Made by a program: the position numbers and the translations under genes. Positions 9,532 to 19,349 of a stretch of DNA of 64,000 bases are shown here, piece after piece. Within the stretch, counting starts at the first letter, position 1. Each line of letters opens with the position of its first letter. The stretch is from a virus, in the IMG/VR virus record IMGVR_UViG_3300044946_000175, positions 32,001-96,000 of that record; one strand, written 5' to 3'. The notes under the pieces are model-generated. The model was given only the letters and a program-made list of their open reading frames with translations. It ran no database searches and had not been told where the DNA came from.

Positions 9532-11187
9532 GTGGCACGCGGATTCAACGGATCGACCGACGCCGTCTACAGCACTTCCGCGCCGATGTCTACGGCCGTT
9601 ACCAACTTCACCATGTCCTGTTGGTGCTATCCGACTTCGATCTCAGCAGAGCAAGTAGTAATAGGCAACGGAAGTGATACAGACGGTAGTGGATTTTCGT
9701 TAGAAATCGACAACTCGTGGCAGATCCTGATTTTTGGCGTGCAGAGATTTGATACCGGTGTTGATGTATTTCCTTATCTCAACACGTGGGTTCACATAGC
9801 TCTGGTAAATACCGCTGGATCATCTCAATTTTGGCTTAATGGAGTGGCTATCGGAGGAACAGACAGCACAGGTTCTGGCGGAACTCCACAAGTCTGGACG
9901 ATTGGAGGCGATCAGTACCCGTCACACGGATCGTTTATCCGTAATCTGCAAGGGAACGTTGCCGATGCTGCATTCTGGAATGTGCCGCTTCTTCAATTTG
10001 AATTGCAGGGGCTTGCATCTGGCAGGAGGCCCGGACGATTTCGCCGCCCATCACTCAAATTTTGGATGCCACTGGATGGCCTTGCATCACCGGAGCCAGA
10101 CCTTTCTGGCAACGCCAACAATGGCACGTTGAGTGGCACGACAAAGGTGTTTGGGCCACCATTTGGCCCGTTTACGTGGACAAAAGGAACATATCTGCCA
10201 TCAGGGACAAGTCCTCCGCCTCCTCCAACTACCGAAACCAATATCAATTTCATAGCGACTGGTTATAGACCAACTATTCTTTTGCCTTCTCAGCAATTCG
10301 TATCGCAACTAGGAACAGCCCTGCCTCCTCCGCCTGCTACTGCCGAAACCAATATTGATTTTACAGTGCAGGGCTACAAACCAACCAGTCTCAACAAACC
10401 GACTTCTCCGTTCGCTCCACAAGATATTACGACCTATCCAGAGACGAATGTAAACCTCACAGTCAGGGGCTATAAACCAACTATTATTTTGCCTTCTTTA
10501 TCATTCGCTCCGCAAGACGTCACGACTTATCCGGAAACCAACACCAATTTGATTGTGCGTGGTTACAAATCAACCACGATCTATTCCGTGCCTCCATTCG
10601 CACCCGAAGACCAGACCGCACCGCCCAGTGAAGCAAACACAAGCCTGACTGTGCGGGGTTACACCTCGACTCTCATTCGACCGATTCTGTCGTTCGCTCC
10701 TCAAGATGTATCGAGCACGCCACAGTCTGAAACCAACACCAACTTCACCGCGATTGGCTATAAATCAATCACTCTTTTGCCTTTTCATTCTTTCGCTCCT
10801 GAAGACCAGACCGCGCCACCGAACGAAGCGAATACGAGTCAGATTGTAAAAGGCTATAAGCCGACTGATCTTCAACCCGCTCAATCATTCGCTCCGCAAG
10901 ACGCATCGAGTATTCCGCAGCCCGAAACAGATGTCAATCTCGTGGTGCGGGGATATCATCCGACCAGTCTCACGAGGCCAATTCCGTTCTTCGCGCCGAA
11001 AGACCAGACGACTGTTCAAGAAACGGACGTGAATTTCGTGGCGCGTGGCTATCGACCAACGAAGTTCCAATTCGTTTTTCCTTCCTATTCGCCATACGCG
11101 CCATCTGTTATAATAACTGCTCAGGTCTGGCAATACTTGGATATGGAAATGAACGCTGGATTCTACTCGCTAGACATGGGACTTTGA
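9532..11187 (+). CDS. LamG/concanavalin-like domain protein with 9 GY repeats (tail adhesin)
   Basis: FTMSCW...NTWVHIALV...FWLNGV...IG...GNVADAAFWN LamG pattern, poly-Pro linker, same repeats as 2377..4527. Confidence 0.8.
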   Translation: MARGFNGSTDAVYSTSAPMSTAVTNFTMSCWCYPTSISAEQVVIGNGSDTDGSGFSLEIDNSWQILIFGVQRFDTGVDVFPYLNTWVHIALVNTAGSSQFWLNGVAIGGTDSTGSGGTPQVWTIGGDQYPSHGSFIRNLQGNVADAAFWNVPLLQFELQGLASGRRPGRFRRPSLKFWMPLDGLASPEPDLSGNANNGTLSGTTKVFGPPFGPFTWTKGTYLPSGTSPPPPPTTETNINFIATGYRPTILLPSQQFVSQLGTALPPPPATAETNIDFTVQGYKPTSLNKPTSPFAPQDITTYPETNVNLTVRGYKPTIILPSLSFAPQDVTTYPETNTNLIVRGYKSTTIYSVPPFAPEDQTAPPSEANTSLTVRGYTSTLIRPILSFAPQDVSSTPQSETNTNFTAIGYKSITLLPFHSFAPEDQTAPPNEANTSQIVKGYKPTDLQPAQSFAPQDASSIPQPETDVNLVVRGYHPTSLTRPIPFFAPKDQTTVQETDVNFVARGYRPTKFQFVFPSYSPYAPSVIITAQVWQYLDMEMNAGFYSLDMGL

Positions 11188-11188
11188 T

Positions 11189-11953
11189 GTGTTGATCAAC
11201 TATGCCTTGGATTCGAATTCGGTGATCGTTCGTGTCAAAATTAGGCAAGACACGACAGGTGCTGCGCCCGGTAAAGGCTTTACTGGACTCACTAATACTA
11301 GTTCTGGGCTGATCGTCAGCACGATTGCTGACTCCGAAGCAGTTCCTGTTTCATATACGTCTGCTGGATCGACTATCGAAGCCATTCCGACTTTGGGTCA
11401 GTACACTGCGCCAGCCGCCAACAACTGCCGTCTTCAGTTGGTGAGCGATGCTCTTAACCCCGGAGTTGTGGAGCTTCAGTTCGCCAATGCTCGCTTTGCT
11501 GTACCTGGATCGAAAAGTTTGCTGATCTCGATTACTGGCGTGGCGGGGATGATGGATTGCGACGTGTCGATACCGCTTCTGGCCGTCGATCCCTACAATG
11601 GTGAAGATTTCGGTCTTCCTGTGCTTGCACAGCTTGATGGAGCATTCGTTTCGGACTCGTCCGTATTCTCGGTAGCGGCTTTGCAGAATGCACCGGGCGG
11701 TACTGGCGGACCTGTTACTGTTGGCGGGTACATTCCAGGCCAAGATCCGGCTTCGTTGGTATTTGGGCAAATGGTGGATGGCGGTTTTGACTTTCTGCAA
11801 ATTCAAAAAATGGAAGCCGCTGTGCTGCTCGGTCGATCTTCTGGACTTCCAGAAGGGCAGCCAGTTTATCTTTCGGTTAATGGTGGCATTGTTCGTGTTT
11901 CCGGAAATGCCGTCAACGGGAACCGGACCCTCTTGGTTCTGAATCCGAATTGA
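11189..11953 (+). CDS. Putative virion structural protein
   Basis: 254 aa; 'G.G.TGLT..SSGL' start and 'PGVVELQ..NARFA.G' typical of phage tail-region proteins. Confidence 0.6.
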   Translation: MLINYALDSNSVIVRVKIRQDTTGAAPGKGFTGLTNTSSGLIVSTIADSEAVPVSYTSAGSTIEAIPTLGQYTAPAANNCRLQLVSDALNPGVVELQFANARFAVPGSKSLLISITGVAGMMDCDVSIPLLAVDPYNGEDFGLPVLAQLDGAFVSDSSVFSVAALQNAPGGTGGPVTVGGYIPGQDPASLVFGQMVDGGFDFLQIQKMEAAVLLGRSSGLPEGQPVYLSVNGGIVRVSGNAVNGNRTLLVLNPN

Positions 11954-12210
11954 GTTCGACCGTGGCTGACTTACCTACCCTATCGGAATTGCTCGACAAG
12001 AAATTGCCGAATCGAAAGCCAAAATCGAAGTTTGTCAGTGCGTGGCTATGTGATGGAAAGGACTGCTTTGTAGTATTTGATTTTGTCGAGCGTGGGCTGA
12101 CTGGAAAGGAGCAGCTTGAAAAAGCTGGATGGTTGGTCGAAGCGTACAGAAGCGAAATTATTCGCGCCTTTTGTTCAAAATGCAGAAAGACAAAATCTAA
12201 ATTCGCCTAA
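11950..12210 (+). CDS. Small Zn-finger-like protein
   Basis: CDGKDC...GW...CSKC. Confidence 0.55.
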   Translation: MSSTVADLPTLSELLDKKLPNRKPKSKFVSAWLCDGKDCFVVFDFVERGLTGKEQLEKAGWLVEAYRSEIIRAFCSKCRKTKSKFA

Positions 12211-12236
12211 TCTTCGCCCATCAGAAGGAGATAGAG

Positions 12237-12419
12237 ATGAGCAAGGGTTTGGCATTCTGGTTGATTTTCCTGATTTGTGTGATCTTTGGTGTATATCTGG
12301 GCTGGCCTGAACAAGGTGCTGGCTATATTAGCTTTCGTCCTCTTGGGATGAACCTGGTTCAATTCTTACTAATTGGTCTTTTGGGGTGGTCCGTAAACGG
12401 ACCACCGATAAAAGGATGA
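12237..12419 (+). CDS. Small two-TM membrane protein (holin-like)
   Basis: 60 aa, two hydrophobic helices, AAGGAG RBS. Confidence 0.6.
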   Translation: MSKGLAFWLIFLICVIFGVYLGWPEQGAGYISFRPLGMNLVQFLLIGLLGWSVNGPPIKG

Positions 12420-12431
12420 CAGCCAGGGAGA

Positions 12432-14849
12432 TTGGATTTGGCTTTGCAATACGCTGGAATCGATCTTTGTCCTCTTACGCCTTTAATGAGCGAAAGATTA
12501 GAACAGTTTTGGCAACGGGAATCGCCCAAGCTCTGGTCCACTCCTGGATATCTCGTCAACAATCTAGACCGCTTGCCGATTCCATCTCTTCCTAAAATTG
12601 GCCCTCCTGATTTTAATGTTTTGCGATGGCCAAATACCGCTTCTCGTTGGGCCGAATTCATCGGTTTTGTGGGCGGTGCAAACGCGCAGGCCATCGAAGC
12701 TAATGTCGGTTTCAATAGTCCGACACCTCAACCGCTGATCATTTCGGATGACACCAATGGCACATCGGTCACGGCAACGGAGATGTATCTGATCGGGTTC
12801 CGGCCCATCTTCATTCAAACATTAGGGCAACAACTATGGCTGATGTATCTAACGGACGAAAGATTTTATTGGTGGATGAATGATTTCAACTACAGCTTTA
12901 CATCCGGCATGGATACTTGGTCGCAGTTGCTTACAAATCTGATTGCTTCCGTGACGGATACAGTTCCTACTATTCCCGCCATTCCTGGTGGATACGGAAC
13001 GCCAGCCAGCGGCACCCCTTCTGTTCGATGGTCACAATCAGGCAAACCGATTCCTCTGATAATTGATGCCGTTGCCGCGACCGTAGGACTGCGCATGACG
13101 TTCGGGTTGGATGGTTCGATCACATTCGTGGATGCCACTACAGCACAAACAAACAGCAACAATCAGTACAACCAGAATGCCTCTAACCTTGTCTTGGGCG
13201 GGTACAGTTCAATCAATGAGCTAGTGGGTACTATTCCAGAAAAAGTCTCGGTGTCTTTTTGGGGTCCGCCAGATCAAATCACGGCAGTCACACTGGAAAG
13301 TCTGTCACTGCTCGCTTTTGGTGGAGTCACGGGAGTTTCAAACACGTCTGGTTACGTGCGCGCTGATGCAAACATTGGCAACATACCATCGGGATATGCA
13401 ACACAGGCCGCGACCGATTATTACAATTGGCTGCTTTCTTATACCGATGCTACTTTCAGGAGCATTCAAGCCTGGACTCCGACAGGAATGGAAGATCGAA
13501 TCGAGTGGGAGTACATGCCTGGGCGTCAGAACTTCAAACTGACGAATTCGTTGACCGAAAACGAGAATCTGACAAAGATGCCGTGGGAGCGAGTGCTGAC
13601 GCGAGTAGTACGCAAAGATTGGGGGGATAATAATCTTTATGGCGATGGTCCATTGGTAGTAAATACTTGCATTCCAGTCGTCTTGACTTCTTATTACAGC
13701 AATAGCTTGGGTTATTGTTGGCAGCAACTCACCTACTCTTCCACACCTCCCGTGTCTCTATCGCCGCTCTCTCCACCAGCCACGGGATGCAACCTGGTCA
13801 ATGCTGACGGAAATCAGTGCTTGAATCCAGGACGAAAGGGAATAATGTGTCCCATCCCTGGAACAAAGGGTTACGTGATACAGCTATGGCCTGAACCAAT
13901 AGTGACTTCTATATGCGACACTAAAGCCGTTGTCGATGATGTGAGCGTGGTGACTAGTATACAAGTTCAATCTTATAATTCACGACTGGTCAATACTACT
14001 TGCAACGAACTCTGTATTACGGACCCAGTGCAGTGCTGTCCTGATCCACTAGTAGCGCCTTCGCTCTCGTGTCCTGACATTATCAGTCAAGCTCCTACTT
14101 TACTATTGACAGTATCGGGTTTTGGAGGAGGTTGGGCTAATCTCAACAACATCGTAAACATGGTCCTGACTGGCTCTCAGCCATGTCCAGACGGTCCGGC
14201 GCTCTGCTGGACAGGCATTATTAACGGGTTCTTCTTCTCGCCATCGAATCCAGATTGCACTCCTCCGGACGACGGAACGAGTACCCAGGTGGTTGTAGGT
14301 GCTGCATGCGGAACTAACGACTGTTTTGGCAATGCCACGATAGGAGTTGGGATGTCTGTAGTTTCGACTGTTCCTGGAGGAACTGGGTACATAGCAACCA
14401 GTGCTCAGAATTATGAGACTCTTTACGCGCAAGGAGACGGCACCTATTCCACCGTAAATCCTTGCGGGAATAATGCTCCGAAAGGTAACGTCAATTTCGA
14501 TGGGACCATTTGCGGGGCTACCGACCCGGCTCTTTCTGGAAATCAAGGCACGTTTACGGTCGCGCTCGGTGGAATGATGATGGCATCTTCAGGTCACGCC
14601 GTCGTGCCTGAATTGACTCCGGAGCAAAAGGCAAAGATTGCAGAAGCAGTAGCTAAGATGAGGAAACATCTGGCTCTAAAGACTCGCAAATCGGGAATTC
14701 AGCCATTCTTGGACAAGAGAGCCGCCGAAATCCGACAGAAGAATCCGAACATCACGGAAGAAGAGTTACAAAATCGTCTCAAGAGAATCCAAGAACTAAT
14801 TGAGAGTCCGGACTGTCCGGCTTGTCCAAAACCGGAGACAAAACCATGA
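12432..14849 (+). CDS. Large virion/tail protein with Cys-rich C-terminal half
   Basis: 805 aa; many Cys after residue ~410; charged helical tail ending CPAC. Confidence 0.65.
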   Translation: MDLALQYAGIDLCPLTPLMSERLEQFWQRESPKLWSTPGYLVNNLDRLPIPSLPKIGPPDFNVLRWPNTASRWAEFIGFVGGANAQAIEANVGFNSPTPQPLIISDDTNGTSVTATEMYLIGFRPIFIQTLGQQLWLMYLTDERFYWWMNDFNYSFTSGMDTWSQLLTNLIASVTDTVPTIPAIPGGYGTPASGTPSVRWSQSGKPIPLIIDAVAATVGLRMTFGLDGSITFVDATTAQTNSNNQYNQNASNLVLGGYSSINELVGTIPEKVSVSFWGPPDQITAVTLESLSLLAFGGVTGVSNTSGYVRADANIGNIPSGYATQAATDYYNWLLSYTDATFRSIQAWTPTGMEDRIEWEYMPGRQNFKLTNSLTENENLTKMPWERVLTRVVRKDWGDNNLYGDGPLVVNTCIPVVLTSYYSNSLGYCWQQLTYSSTPPVSLSPLSPPATGCNLVNADGNQCLNPGRKGIMCPIPGTKGYVIQLWPEPIVTSICDTKAVVDDVSVVTSIQVQSYNSRLVNTTCNELCITDPVQCCPDPLVAPSLSCPDIISQAPTLLLTVSGFGGGWANLNNIVNMVLTGSQPCPDGPALCWTGIINGFFFSPSNPDCTPPDDGTSTQVVVGAACGTNDCFGNATIGVGMSVVSTVPGGTGYIATSAQNYETLYAQGDGTYSTVNPCGNNAPKGNVNFDGTICGATDPALSGNQGTFTVALGGMMMASSGHAVVPELTPEQKAKIAEAVAKMRKHLALKTRKSGIQPFLDKRAAEIRQKNPNITEEELQNRLKRIQELIESPDCPACPKPETKP

Positions 14850-15373
14850 CAAGAATCGAAGCACTACTAAACAAATATAAATCAGACAAATGTACAGCAC
14901 ATTCGTATGGTGATTTTTACGACAAGCTCCTTACGCCATTGTGCGATAAAGAGATTTGCCTTTTGGAAGTTGGTATTCTGGAAGGTGCGTCACTACGCGC
15001 GTGGTCCGAGTTCTTGCCACTCGCGACGATTATCGGATTAGATAATTATGCAAATCCTATCTTACTGCCCAATCGTTGTACTCTGGCACGAGCCGACTCG
15101 ACGAATCTGGAGCAGGTCAACACAGCACTAGGCGAATTAACGTTTGATATTGTGATCGATGACGCCTTACATTGGATCGACAACCAAAAAAAGACCTTCG
15201 AGAATCTTTGGATGAGAGTAAAACCAAACGGCTACTATATTATTGAAGATATCCAGTGTATCGACGAAGCGAAACCTGTATTCGATCCTCTTGGATTCGA
15301 ATTCATCGATCTGCGCAGCAAGAAGAACAGAGGTGATGACGTTCTAGCAGTCATAAGAAAACCCGCGCAGTGA
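14846..15373 (+). CDS. Class I SAM-dependent methyltransferase (glycan/small-molecule type)
   Basis: SDK...HSY..FY, LLEVGI..GASLRAW, FDIVIDD..H, KPNGYYIIED. Confidence 0.85.
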   Translation: MTRIEALLNKYKSDKCTAHSYGDFYDKLLTPLCDKEICLLEVGILEGASLRAWSEFLPLATIIGLDNYANPILLPNRCTLARADSTNLEQVNTALGELTFDIVIDDALHWIDNQKKTFENLWMRVKPNGYYIIEDIQCIDEAKPVFDPLGFEFIDLRSKKNRGDDVLAVIRKPAQ

Positions 15374-15433
15374 ATTCGCATGACGCCATAGTCGTTATCC
15401 AATAAAATCTTCCGTGCTCGAACTCATGAGGAG

Positions 15434-15823
15434 ATGCACAAGATGCCGGAAGAACCAGAGGCCAAGGGATCGATCGCTTCCACAGTTCAGCAGTCGAATG
15501 CTCTCATCCGTACCATCACCAGCGCTCCAGCGGATGCCTTCCTGCGAATTGCAGTGCTCGCTGCTTGCGTCATGATCTACATTCTGTTCTCTCGATTGCT
15601 GGACGAGGTGCGCACATCGACGGCATTTCAGGTCCGTGACAATGCTGAACAGGCCGAGCGGTTGCGACAGGACTGCCGCCAGCGAGAGGAGGAATCACAG
15701 AAGTGGCAAGCAGCGGAACGAGAGAAGGATCGGCGGTTTCACGCGGATCAGGCCGATAAATGGCGCGCAACAATATCCGGACTGGCAGCGAAGATCGAAC
15801 CAAGAAGCAAGGGACTGGACTAA
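15434..15823 (+). CDS. Membrane-anchored coiled-coil protein
   Basis: One TM helix followed by a charged coiled coil; GAGGAG RBS. Confidence 0.65.
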   Translation: MHKMPEEPEAKGSIASTVQQSNALIRTITSAPADAFLRIAVLAACVMIYILFSRLLDEVRTSTAFQVRDNAEQAERLRQDCRQREEESQKWQAAEREKDRRFHADQADKWRATISGLAAKIEPRSKGLD

Positions 15824-15824
15824 C

Positions 15825-16262
15825 TCACTTTATCGACACTGTGCATCCCTCAACCTCAAGCACAAAATCCACCCGCTTGCCTCGATTGATACCGTCCTTC
15901 ACGATGCCCTTCACCCATCCTACGACTACAATCGAGCGCTTGTTGTCGGTCAGTGGTTCGATGCATATGAACGCGACAATGGGGGGAGCATTCTTCAAAC
16001 CTGTGTAGTACAAGATCCGATTCCCTTCGACTTGATACGTTTCTTGCGGCAGGCCCACCAAATTCACTTCGATCTTTCGACCTTTCCAGTAGCCATCAGC
16101 CGTTCCAAGATCGAAATCGCGGTAGTAGTTCACCACATCCATTATTCCGACTTTTTGTGCCAGTTCGGTCGATTTTTTGGTAGACTGGCAGGCAAAGACG
16201 AATATGACCAGTGCGATAATCGAGAAGAGAAGACCAACCAAAGCGGAGCGGGGCGATTCCAT
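15825..16262 (-). CDS. Putative lipoprotein, OB-fold (tRNA_anti-like)
   Basis: Signal peptide ending VFAC; AD..WKGRKIEV and IVVVGWVKG motifs. Confidence 0.55.
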   Translation of the reverse strand: MESPRSALVGLLFSIIALVIFVFACQSTKKSTELAQKVGIMDVVNYYRDFDLGTADGYWKGRKIEVNLVGLPQETYQVEGNRILYYTGLKNAPPIVAFICIEPLTDNKRSIVVVGWVKGIVKDGINRGKRVDFVLEVEGCTVSIK

Positions 16263-16680
16263 GAGCGATCCTCAGAAGCAAGGATGTGGCGGATGTGGAA
16301 AGCAGCCTACCAAAAGAGTAGATCAGAGTACCCACTCGTTCCATGTTAGCAGGTTCCTTTTTCACCTCTCGCGGATAATTTCGCCTGAAATTAATCCCTC
16401 AGTGGAAACTTCAGGCGAGAGCGGAAAAGACAGTCTAACGATGGCACCAGGAACGTGTACATCGCCTTGCATGGGCGAGATGAATCCGTGCTTCCTCTGG
16501 TGTCCCGGCGCTGCGGGAGCGATGTCCTGCGCCGTGGGTGGACTGAGTGACGGGATCTGCGCGTTCGATTTTACCAGCAAGACTTTCTACACCGATCATA
16601 CCGGCAGCGTGAAAGACATCTGTGGTAGACTGGCGACTCTCGAAGGAGACGTGAAGGCAATAAAGAAGCCTGCGGAGTAA
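16261..16680 (+). CDS. Cys-rich hypothetical protein
   Basis: CGGC N-terminus and multiple Cys; start uncertain. Confidence 0.5.
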   Translation: MSDPQKQGCGGCGKQPTKRVDQSTHSFHVSRFLFHLSRIISPEINPSVETSGESGKDSLTMAPGTCTSPCMGEMNPCFLWCPGAAGAMSCAVGGLSDGICAFDFTSKTFYTDHTGSVKDICGRLATLEGDVKAIKKPAE

Positions 16681-16682
16681 AA

Positions 16683-16946
16683 ATGACTGGATACACTGCT
16701 GCCGTGCTCGTACTAGGATGTGGCTTGATCGTCCTGAAGTTGGTCGTCGGTTGGATTACGGCTACCGGTCACGAAGTGCCTTGGCCGCTGTGGGCCTACG
16801 GTGGAGTTACCCACACAATGCTTGGATTTGTGCTGATTCGTAATGGAGGCAAACTAAACGACAGGACGAGAAATATGGTTAAAGATTTGATTGGATTGTC
16901 AGAAGGAGAGAAAACGAATGCAGCCAAACAAGACAAAGAAAAATAA
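16683..16946 (+). CDS. Two-TM membrane protein (holin-like)
   Basis: Two hydrophobic helices, charged C-terminal tail, GGAG RBS. Confidence 0.6.
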   Translation: MTGYTAAVLVLGCGLIVLKLVVGWITATGHEVPWPLWAYGGVTHTMLGFVLIRNGGKLNDRTRNMVKDLIGLSEGEKTNAAKQDKEK

Positions 16947-17075
16947 TTCCATACAACTCACTCCGGCCCGACCGGACCCTCCCGCAAGGTGGGGGATTTG
17001 ATCGGACCCCGATCTGATCGGATACCCGGTCGGGCTGTTTAACCTTGCAAAATCCTTGCACTATCGGGGGAAATC

Positions 17076-17945
17076 ATGGCTATCACGAGAAAGCTTGGAG
17101 CGATACTACCCATTCGTACCTTTGATGCAGGTCGTTTCAAGGTTCAGATCTACAAAGGTGGGAAGATAAGAGTCATTCCCAAGTTCTCGGCTCACTATGA
17201 CAAGTCAAAAGACACCGCGCCTCCGCCTGTTACTACCGACTGGCTCACCAAGGCAATCGCTGCAATTCGTGAGGCATACGGCAATACAACCCAAGGCGAT
17301 TGTGTTATTGCTTCGTTGCTTCATCGCATTGGAGCGTGGACGGGTAATGAACTCGGCACACCGGCACTGTCGAGCGATGCGCAAGCCCTGAAATGGTACG
17401 CGAACATTTGCGGTCCCGGTGACCAGGGCTGCGTGATCGTTGACGTGCTCCAATATGCACAGCAACACGGAATTCCATGCGGCGCGAAGAAGCACAAGAT
17501 CAATGGATTTGTGAGTGTAGACAACACGAACCAAAACGAGGTCCAGGTCTGTGCCGAAGTGTTCGGCCCGGCTCAGAATATCGGCATTAACTTGCCTTCT
17601 GCGTGGTACGACAACGCCAATGGCAACGGGTTCGTGTGGAACAACATCACAGGCAATCTCCAAATTGTCGGAGGACACGATGTCGCTATAATAGATGTCA
17701 GTGCGTTAGGGGTTGTGATTGCGACCTGGGCCATGTATGGTACGATTACCTGGGAGGCACTGGCCAACACTCAGATCGTGACCGAGATGCACTGCTCGCT
17801 CTCGCCAGACTGGGACTCACAGAACAATCTCGCACCCAACGGTATCAACGCCACGACACTCGCGCAGGATCTTGTTTTGGTTGGTCAGGGAACGACTCCT
17901 CCATACCCACCAACACCAACGCCGTCGTTGGTTCTGAAGGCGTGA
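17076..17945 (+). CDS. Papain-like cysteine peptidase
   Basis: YGN...GDCVIAS (catalytic Cys), GGHDV (His), ATW. Confidence 0.65.
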   Translation: MAITRKLGAILPIRTFDAGRFKVQIYKGGKIRVIPKFSAHYDKSKDTAPPPVTTDWLTKAIAAIREAYGNTTQGDCVIASLLHRIGAWTGNELGTPALSSDAQALKWYANICGPGDQGCVIVDVLQYAQQHGIPCGAKKHKINGFVSVDNTNQNEVQVCAEVFGPAQNIGINLPSAWYDNANGNGFVWNNITGNLQIVGGHDVAIIDVSALGVVIATWAMYGTITWEALANTQIVTEMHCSLSPDWDSQNNLAPNGINATTLAQDLVLVGQGTTPPYPPTPTPSLVLKA

Positions 17946-18024
17946 AAAGACGAATAATTTGTTTCGAGCGAATCGGTGTAGATTCGCTCTTCTGAACACA
18001 CGCTTATCTCGGGGGATAAGAGCG

Positions 18025-19314
18025 ATGTTAAAGCCTGTTCCGTATGGCGGTGAAATAAAAAGGAACATCGTCGGTCACATTTGGCCGACGAAGAATGGAG
18101 TTTGGCGGACGTCGGTCGCCTACATTCTTCGCCGGGCCGATTTGTTCAACGGACAGAAAATCATCTCGGTTGTAACGGACGATTCGACCGACAAACTGGC
18201 GGACGTGAAAGCCGCATTTGCTGGAATGAAGCAGGTCGATTTTTTGCATTTTAAAAACAATCCGGTGTTGGGTGAAGTCGTCAGTTTCGAAGAGCTACTC
18301 CACCGCGTGGAAAGTATTGCTACTAATGAGCTTACATATTATTTCCACGCAAAAGGGTCCAAATATCGACCCGGCGAGCAGCCGATGGTGAAGCATTGGG
18401 TTGATGTGATGCATGCTAACATGCTCGACTACCCGTCGCTGATCGAGGATTCACTCCGCTCGCATGCGATCTGCGGGACGTTCATCAAGAGCGGCAATCA
18501 ATTCGGCGGACTCGATCCTTCGTGGCACGCAGCCGGGACGTTTTTGTGGTTTAGAAACGCTGCCATCTTCGGCAGTACGCTCTGGAGGCGAATTCCTAAA
18601 ACGTGGTGGGGCACGGAAGCATGGCCTGGTATCGTCTGTCCTCGCGAGCATGCCGATTGTCTCATGATGGAAGGTATGGCTCCTACCATGCAACTCTATC
18701 GCCGCGACTACTGGAAAAACGAGGTCAATCCGAAATGGCTGGCATGGCAGGTGTACAACTGTGGACTACATCGACACAATTCGTACTCGGAAGTTTTCAA
18801 CACGTTGAAACTTACTAACGTCAAAAAGATCGTAGTGGCTGGTCCACAGCGGTCAGGCACGATGATCGCTGCCAAGATCCTGGCTCACGATCTTAAATTG
18901 CCTTTTCATTCTGAAATTGAATTCGACACGCACGACTTCATGAAGTTCATGAAATTGATACAATCAAAAGAGTCGTTTGTGGTCCAGGCTCCTTCGATGT
19001 CCGCTTACGTCCATCAGTTGCCGTGTACCGCGATCTGGATGCAGCGTAGTCATCAAGACGTACTCCGCTCCGAGCGTCGTATAAAATGGGGCGCGGAAGA
19101 GCAATTGGAGCGGAATCGATACTTTACACGAGAGCACGGATCGTCAGCGGCAATTAAACACGAGGCGTGGGAACGATTCCAGCGCATCGAACTCGGAGAG
19201 CGTGCTTTCGATCTGTCCTACGATTCGCTCAGTACGCATCCTCTCTGGGTGCCGGAAGACGGCAGAAAGGAGTTTGGACCCCGACAAACGAAACCTGAAT
19301 ATCCAAATGCGTGA
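18025..19314 (+). CDS. Two-domain protein: glycosyltransferase-like plus P-loop sulfotransferase-like
   Basis: YYFHAKG...W and GTFLWFR...EAWPG in the N-half; IVVAGPQRSGT...R...DV..S...YDSL in the C-half. Confidence 0.6.
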   Translation: MLKPVPYGGEIKRNIVGHIWPTKNGVWRTSVAYILRRADLFNGQKIISVVTDDSTDKLADVKAAFAGMKQVDFLHFKNNPVLGEVVSFEELLHRVESIATNELTYYFHAKGSKYRPGEQPMVKHWVDVMHANMLDYPSLIEDSLRSHAICGTFIKSGNQFGGLDPSWHAAGTFLWFRNAAIFGSTLWRRIPKTWWGTEAWPGIVCPREHADCLMMEGMAPTMQLYRRDYWKNEVNPKWLAWQVYNCGLHRHNSYSEVFNTLKLTNVKKIVVAGPQRSGTMIAAKILAHDLKLPFHSEIEFDTHDFMKFMKLIQSKESFVVQAPSMSAYVHQLPCTAIWMQRSHQDVLRSERRIKWGAEEQLERNRYFTREHGSSAAIKHEAWERFQRIELGERAFDLSYDSLSTHPLWVPEDGRKEFGPRQTKPEYPNA

Positions 19315-19349
19315 TTTTTAACTTCTTTACTCACAAAAGGAAAAAGGCA

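Noticed and set aside
3391-11024. Diversity-generating retroelement TR/VR pair between the two repeat genes
   Set aside because: Mismatches are not adenine-specific, both copies are coding, and no reverse transcriptase is present in the window.
15636-16349. 237-aa plus-strand ORF
   Set aside because: Overlaps two better-supported genes and has no RBS or motifs.
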